A stretch of DNA of 64,000 nucleotides from Eledone cirrhosa (Eukaryota): contig OZ024742.1 in the NCBI GenBank assembly GCA_964016885.1, positions 13,702,001 to 13,766,000 on the forward strand, in the 5' to 3' direction. Every line of letters begins with the position of its first letter. Position 1 is the first letter of the stretch. The notes beneath the pieces were generated by a model. That model had not been told where the DNA came from. It saw nothing but the letters and a program-made list of their open reading frames with translations, and ran no database searches. The translations under genes and the position numbers were made by a program. Of this stretch, positions 55,601 through 64,000 are shown piece by piece.

Positions 55601-58600
55601 TGTCATTTATATCATAGCTGTGACATAGGTAATATATCTGTCACTTATATCATAGCTGTGACATAGGCGATATAACTGTCACTTATATAATAGCTGTGAC
55701 ATAGGTAATATATCTGTCACTGATATCATATATGTGACATATGTAATATATCTGTCACTTATATCATAGCTGTGACATAGGTAATATATCTGTCACTTAT
55801 ATCATAGATGTGACATAGGTAATATATCTGTCACTTATATCATAGCTGTTACATAGGTAATATACCTGTCACTTATATCATAGCTGTGACATAGGTAATA
55901 TATCTGTCACTTATATCATAGTTGAGACATTGGCAATATATCTGTCACTTATATCATAGCTGTGACATAGGTAATATATCTGTCACTTATATCATAGCTG
56001 TGAGATAGGAGAGAGATCTGTCACTTATATCATAGCTGTGACATAGGTAATAGATCTGTCACTTATATCATAGTTGTGACATAGGTAATATATCTGTCAC
56101 TTATATCATAGGTGTGAGATAGGAGAGAGATCTGTCACTTATATCATAGCTGTGACATAGGTAATATATCTATCACTTATACCATAGCTCTGACATAGGT
56201 AATATATCTGTCACTTATATCACAGCTGTGACATAGGGGATATATCTGTCACTTATACCATAGCTGTGAAATTGGTAATATATCTGTCACTTATATCATA
56301 GCTGTGACATAAAAGATAGATCTGTCACTTATATCATCGCTGTGACATAGGTAATATCTCAGTCACTTATATCATAGCTGTGATATAGGGGATATATCTG
56401 TCACTTATATCATAGCTGTGACATAGGTAATATATCTGTCACTTATATCATAGCTGTGAGATAGCAGAGAGATCTGTCACTTATATCATAGCTGTGAGAT
56501 AGGTAATATATCTGTCACTTATATCATAGCTGTGACATAGGTAATAAATCTGTCACTTATATCATAGTTGTGACACAGGTAATATATCTGTCATTTATAT
56601 CATAGCTGTGACATAGGTAATATATCTGTCACTTATATCATAGCTGTGAGATAGGAGAGAGATCTGTCACTTATATCATAGCTGTGAGATAGGTAATATA
56701 TCTGTCACTAATATCATAGATGTGACATAGGTAATATATCTGTCACTTATATCATAGCTGTTACATAGGTAATATATCTGTCACTTATATCATTGCTTTG
56801 ACATAGGTAATATATCTGTCAATTATATCATAGCAGTGACATAGGTAATATATCTGTCACTTATATCATAGCTGTGACATAGGTGATATATCTGTCACTT
56901 ATATCATAGCTGTGACACAGGTAATATATCTGTCATTTATATCATAGCTGTGACATAGGTAATATATCTGTCACTTATATCATAGCTGTGACATAGGCGA
57001 TATAACTGTCACTTATATAATAGCTGTGACATAGGTAATATATCTGTCACTGATATCATATATGTGACATATGTAATATATCTGTCACTTATATCATAGC
57101 TGTGACATAGGTAATATATCTGTCACTTATATCATAGATGTGACATAGGTAATATATCTGTCACTTATATCATAGCTGTTACATAGGTAATATATCTGTC
57201 ACTTATATCATAGCTGTGACATAGGTAATATATCTGTCACTTATATCATAGTTGAGACATTGGCAATATATCTGTCACTTATATCATAGCTGTGACATAG
57301 GTAATATATCTGTCACTTATATCATAGCTGTGAGATAGGAGAGAGATCTGTCACTTATATCATAGCTGTGACATAGGTAATAGATCTGTCACTTATATCA
57401 TAGTTGTGACATAGGTAATATATCTGTCACTTATATCATAGCTGTGAGATAGGAGAGAGATCTGTCACTTATATCATAGCTGTGACATAGGTAATATATC
57501 TATCACTTATACCATAGCTCTGACATAGGTAATATATCTGTCACTTATATCTTAGCTGTGACATAGGAGATATATCTGTCACTTATATCACAGCTGTGAC
57601 ATAGGGGATATATCTGTCACTTATACCATAGCTGTGAAATTGGTAATATATCTGTCACTTATATCATAGCTGTGACATAAAAGATAGATCTGTCACTTAT
57701 ATCATCGCTGTGACATAGGTAATATCTCAGTCACTTATATCATAGCTGTGATATAGGGGATATATCTGTCACTTATATCATAGCTGTGAGATAGGTAATA
57801 TATCTGTCACTTATATCATAGCTGTGACATAGGTAATAAATCTGTCACTTATATCATAGTTGTGACACAGGTAATATATCTGTCATTTATATCATAGCTG
57901 TGACATAGGTAATATATCTGTCACTTATATCATATATGTGACATATGTAATATATCTGTCACTTATATCATAGCTGTGACATAGGTAATATATCTGTCAC
58001 TTATATCATAGCTGTGACATAGGTAATAAATCTGTCACTTATATCATAGCTGTGACATAGGCGATATAACTGTCACTTATATAATAGCTGTGACATAGGT
58101 AATATATCTGTCACTGATATCATATATGTGACATATGTAATATATCTGTCACTTATATCATAGCTGTGACATAGGTAATATATCTGTCACTTATATCATA
58201 GATGTGACATAGGTAATATATCTGTCACTTATATCATAGCTGTGACATAAAAGATAGATCTGTCACTTATATCATAGCTGTGACATAGGTAATATATCTG
58301 TCACTTATATCATAGTTGTGACATTGGCAATATATCTGTCACTTATATCATTGCTTTGACATAGGTAATATATCTGTCAATTATATCATAGCTGTGACAT
58401 AGGTAATATATCTGTCACTTATATCATAGCTGTGACATAGGTGATATATCTGTCTCTTATATCATAGCTGTGACACAGGTAATATATCTGTCATTTATAT
58501 CATAGCTGTGACATAGGTAATATATCTGTCACTTATATCATAGCTGTGACATAGGCGATATAACTGTCACTTATATAATAGCTGTGACATAGGTAATATA

Positions 58601-61600
58601 TCTGTCACTGATATCATAGCTGTGACATAGGCGATATATCTGTCACTTATATCATAGATGTGAAATAGGTAATATATCTGTCACTTATTTCATAGCTGTG
58701 ACATAAAAGATAGATCTGTCACTTATATCATAGCTGTGACATAGGTAATATATCTGTCACTTATATCATAGTTGTGACATAGGCAATATATCTGTCACTT
58801 ATATCATAGCTGTGACATAGGTAATATATCTGTCACTTATATCATATATGTGACATATGTAATATATCTGTCACTTATATCATAGCTGTGACATAGGTAA
58901 TATATCTGTCACTTATATCATAGCTGTGACATAGGGGATATATCTGTCACTTATATCATAGCTGTGACATAGGTAATATATCTGTCACTTATACCATAGC
59001 TGTGACACAGGTAATATATCTGTCACTTATATCATAGCTGTGACATAGGAGAGAGATCTGTCACTTATATCATAGCTGTGACATAGGTGATATATCTGTC
59101 ACTTATACCACAGCTGTGACATAGGGGATATATCTGTCACTTATATCACAGCTGTGACATAGGGGATATATCTGTCACTTATTTCATAGCTGTGACATAG
59201 GTAATATATCTGTCACTTATATCTCAGCTGTGACATAGGAGAGAGATCTGTCACTTATATCATAGCTGTGACATAGGTAATATATCTATCACTTATACCA
59301 TAGCTCTGACATAGGTAATATATCTGTCACTTATATCATAGCTGTGAGATAGGAGAGAGATCTGTCACTTATATCATAGCTGTGAGATAGGTAATATATC
59401 TGTCACTTATATCATAGATGTGACATAGGTAATATATCTGTCACTTATATCATAGCTGTTACATAGGTAATATATCTGTCACTTATATCATTGCTTTGAC
59501 ATAGGTAATATATCTGTCAATTATATCATAGCAGTGACATAGGTAATATATCTGTCACTTATATCATAGCTGTGACATAGGTGATATATCTGTCACTTAT
59601 ATCATAGCTGTGACACAGGTAATATATCTGTCATTTATATCATAGCTGTGACATAGGTAATATATCTGTCACTTATATCATAGCTGTGACATAGGCGATA
59701 TAACTGTCACTTATATAATAGCTGTGACATAGGTAATATATCTGTCACTGATATCATATATGTGACATATGTAATATATCTGTCACTTATATCATAGCTG
59801 TGACATAGGTAATATATCTGTCACTTATATCATAGATGTGACATAGGTAATATATCTGTCACTTATATCATAGCTGTTACATAGGTAATATACCTGTCAC
59901 TTATATCATAGCTGTGACATAGGTAATATATCTGTCACTTATATCATAGTTGAGACATTGGCAATATATCTGTCACTTATATCATAGCTGTGACATAGGT
60001 AATATATCTGTCACTTATATCATAGCTGTGAGATAGGAGAGAGATCTGTCACTTATATCATAGCTGTGACATAGGTAATAGATCTGTCACTTATATCATA
60101 GTTGTGACATAGGTAATATATCTGTCACTTATATCATAGGTGTGAGATAGGAGAGAGATCTGTCACTTATATCATAGCTGTGACATAGGTAATATATCTA
60201 TCACTTATACCATAGCTCTGACATAGGTAATATATCTGTCACTTATATCACAGCTGTGACATAGGGGATATATCTGTCACTTATACCATAGCTGTGAAAT
60301 TGGTAATATATCTGTCACTTATATCATAGCTGTGACATAAAAGATAGATCTGTCACTTATATCATCGCTGTGACATAGGTAATATCTCAGTCACTTATAT
60401 CATAGCTGTGATATAGGGGATATATCTGTCACTTATATCATAGCTGTGACATAGGTAATATATCTGTCACTTATATCATAGCTGTGAGATAGCAGAGAGA
60501 TCTGTCACTTATATCATAGCTGTGAGATAGGTAATATATCTGTCACTTATATCATAGCTGTGACATAGGTAATAAATCTGTCACTTATATCATAGTTGTG
60601 ACACAGGTAATATATCTGTCATTTATATCATAGCTGTGACATAGGTAATATATCTGTCACTTATATCATAGCTGTGAGATAGGAGAGAGATCTGTCACTT
60701 ATATCATAGCTGTGAGATAGGTAATATATCTGTCACTAATATCATAGATGTGACATAGGTAATATATCTGTCACTTATATCATAGCTGTTACATAGGTAA
60801 TATATCTGTCACTTATATCATTGCTTTGACATAGGTAATATATCTGTCAATTATATCATAGCAGTGACATAGGTAATATATCTGTCACTTATATCATAGC
60901 TGTGACATAGGTGATATATCTGTCACTTATATCATAGCTGTGACACAGGTAATATATCTGTCATTTATATCATAGCTGTGACATAGGTAATATATCTGTC
61001 ACTTATATCATAGCTGTGACATAGGCGATATAACTGTCACTTATATAATAGCTGTGACATAGGTAATATATCTGTCACTGATATCATATATGTGACATAT
61101 GTAATATATCTGTCACTTATATCATAGCTGTGACATAGGTAATATATCTGTCACTTATATCATAGATGTGACATAGGTAATATATCTGTCACTTATATCA
61201 TAGCTGTTACATAGGTAATATATCTGTCACTTATATCATAGCTGTGACATAGGTAATATATCTGTCACTTATATCATAGTTGAGACATTGGCAATATATC
61301 TGTCACTTATATCATAGCTGTGACATAGGTAATATATCTGTCACTTATATCATAGCTGTGAGATAGGAGAGAGATCTGTCACTTATATCATAGCTGTGAC
61401 ATAGGTAATAGATCTGTCACTTATATCATAGTTGTGACATAGGTAATATATCTGTCACTTATATCATAGCTGTGAGATAGGAGAGAGATCTGTCACTTAT
61501 ATCATAGCTGTGACATAGGTAATATATCTATCACTTATACCATAGCTCTGACATAGGTAATATATCTGTCACTTATATCTTAGCTGTGACATAGGAGATA

Positions 61601-63405
61601 TATCTGTCACTTATATCACAGCTGTGACATAGGGGATATATCTGTCACTTATACCATAGCTGTGAAATTGGTAATATATCTGTCACTTATATCATAGCTG
61701 TGACATAAAAGATAGATCTGTCACTTATATCATCGCTGTGACATAGGTAATATCTCAGTCACTTATATCATAGCTGTGATATAGGGGATATATCTGTCAC
61801 TTATATCATAGCTGTGAGATAGGTAATATATCTGTCACTTATATCATAGCTGTGACATAGGTAATAAATCTGTCACTTATATCATAGTTGTGACACAGGT
61901 AATATATCTGTCATTTATATCATAGCTGTGACATAGGTAATATATCTGTCACTTATATCATATATGTGACATATGTAATATATCTGTCACTTATATCATA
62001 GCTGTGACATAGGTAATATATCTGTCACTTATATCATAGCTGTGACATAGGTAATAAATCTGTCACTTATATCATAGCTGTGACATAGGCGATATAACTG
62101 TCACTTATATAATAGCTGTGACATAGGTAATATATCTGTCACTGATATCATATATGTGACATATGTAATATATCTGTCACTTATATCATAGCTGTGACAT
62201 AGGTAATATATCTGTCACTTATATCATAGATGTGACATAGGTAATATATCTGTCACTTATATCATAGCTGTGACATAAAAGATAGATCTGTCACTTATAT
62301 CATAGCTGTGACATAGGTAATATATCTGTCACTTATATCATAGTTGTGACATTGGCAATATATCTGTCACTTATATCATTGCTTTGACATAGGTAATATA
62401 TCTGTCAATTATATCATAGCTGTGACATAGGTAATATATCTGTCACTTATATCATAGCTGTGACATAGGTGATATATCTGTCTCTTATATCATAGCTGTG
62501 ACACAGGTAATATATCTGTCATTTATATCATAGCTGTGACATAGGTAATATATCTGTCACTTATATCATAGCTGTGACATAGGCGATATAACTGTCACTT
62601 ATATAATAGCTGTGACATAGGTAATATATCTGTCACTGATATCATAGCTGTGACATAGGCGATATATCTGTCACTTATATCATAGATGTGAAATAGGTAA
62701 TATATCTGTCACTTATTTCATAGCTGTGACATAAAAGATAGATCTGTCACTTATATCATAGCTGTGACATAGGTAATATATCTGTCACTTATATCATAGT
62801 TGTGACATAGGCAATATATCTGTCACTTATATCATAGCTGTGACATAGGTAATATATCTGTCACTTATATCATATATGTGACATATGTAATATATCTGTC
62901 ACTTATATCATAGCTGTGACATAGGTAATATATCTGTCACTTATATCATAGCTGTGACATAGGGGATATATCTGTCACTTATATCATAGCTGTGACATAG
63001 GTAATATATCTGTCACTTATACCATAGCTGTGACACAGGTAATATATCTGTCACTTATATCATAGCTGTGACATAGGAGAGAGATCTGTCACTTATATCA
63101 TAGCTGTGACATAGGTGATATATCTGTCACTTATACCACAGCTGTGACATAGGGGATATATCTGTCACTTATATCACAGCTGTGACATAGGGGATATATC
63201 TGTCACTTATTTCATAGCTGTGACATAGGTAATATATCTGTCACTTATATCTCAGCTGTGACATAGGAGAGAGATCTGTCACTTATACCATAGCTGTGAC
63301 ATAGAAGATATATCTGTCACTTATATCATAGCTGTGACATAGGAGATATATCTGTCACATCATAACTGTGACATAGGTAATACCTTTGTCTCTTATATCA
63401 TAACT
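52665..63405. repeat. Satellite DNA array, 38-bp monomer (TCTGTCACTTATATCATAGCTGTGACATAGGTAATATA), about 280 copies, both ends inside the window
   Basis: 38-bp periodicity is directly visible. Confidence 0.98.
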
Positions 63406-63575
63406 GTTGTTGTTGCTGCTGTTGATTTTGTTGCTGTTGTTACTGCTGTTGTTGCTGATTTCGCTGTTGTTGCTGTTATTGCTATTGCTATTCTTGTTGT
63501 ATTTGTTGTTACTGTTGTGGCTGCTGTTGCTGATGATGATGTTGTTGCTGATGATGCTGGAGTTGTTGTTGTTGC
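63406..63575. repeat. (TTG/CTG/ATG)n trinucleotide low-complexity tract
   Basis: Directly visible; source of the poly-L ORF. Confidence 0.9.
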
Positions 63576-63669
63576 CGTTCTCGCATGACTTTGCTAAGCA
63601 ACCGAACGAAGTTTTCTGTGTATTTGGTCCGTGAAATCTTTTGCTTTAGTTTTGAAATGTAAGTCAAGC

Positions 63670-64000
63670 AGACACTGGTAGAAACTCGTAGACATTGCTA
63701 GAAACTCGTAGAAAATGGTAGACACTAGTAAACACTAGTAGACTAGTAGACACTAGTAGACACTGGTAGAAACTAGTAGACACTGGTAGACACTAGTAGA
63801 AACTCGTAGAAACTGGTAGAACCTAGTAGACACTAGTAGACACTGGTAGAAACTCGTAGACACTAGTAGAGACTCGTAGAAACTAGTAGAAACTCGTAGA
63901 CACTCGTAGACACTAGTAGAAACTCGTTGACACTAGTAGAAACTAGTAGAAACTCGTTGACACTAGTAGAAACTAGTAGAAATTAGTAGAAACTAGTAGA
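63670..64000. repeat. 10-bp tandem repeat GA(C/A)ACT(A/C/G)GTA, running off the window end
   Basis: GACACTAGTA / GAAACTCGTA / GACACTGGTA units. Confidence 0.93.

Noticed and set aside
63670-64000. Telomeric repeat
   Set aside because: Heterogeneous 10-mer with no G-run strand and no TTAGGG

Overview
Eukaryotic, repeat-saturated DNA with no supportable host gene. The SINE families look like the tRNA/CORE-type SINEs of Octopus, so a coleoid cephalopod origin is likely (inference from recognition, not a search). Layout: a ~31 kb 65-bp satellite (1-31113) with nested multi-kb duplications; a mosaic of microsatellites, SINEs and MITE-like elements; a 200-N scaffold gap; a 35-bp minisatellite; a dead Tx1/L1-clade LINE lacking its entire RT domain (42579-46487); a ~10.7 kb 38-bp satellite with a 4028-bp duplication; and a 10-bp repeat running off the end. 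The most notable observation is three well-formed type I hammerhead ribozyme folds on the + strand (31485-31534, 33103-33180, 50466-50508), plus two degenerate ones. Each well-formed fold lies in a short non-coding island next to (TA)n tracts, two are enclosed by inverted repeats, and all three have a mismatch at the first stem II position. They most resemble Penelope-like element pLTR or retrozyme remnants. Almost all ORFs in the supplied track are low-complexity artefacts.
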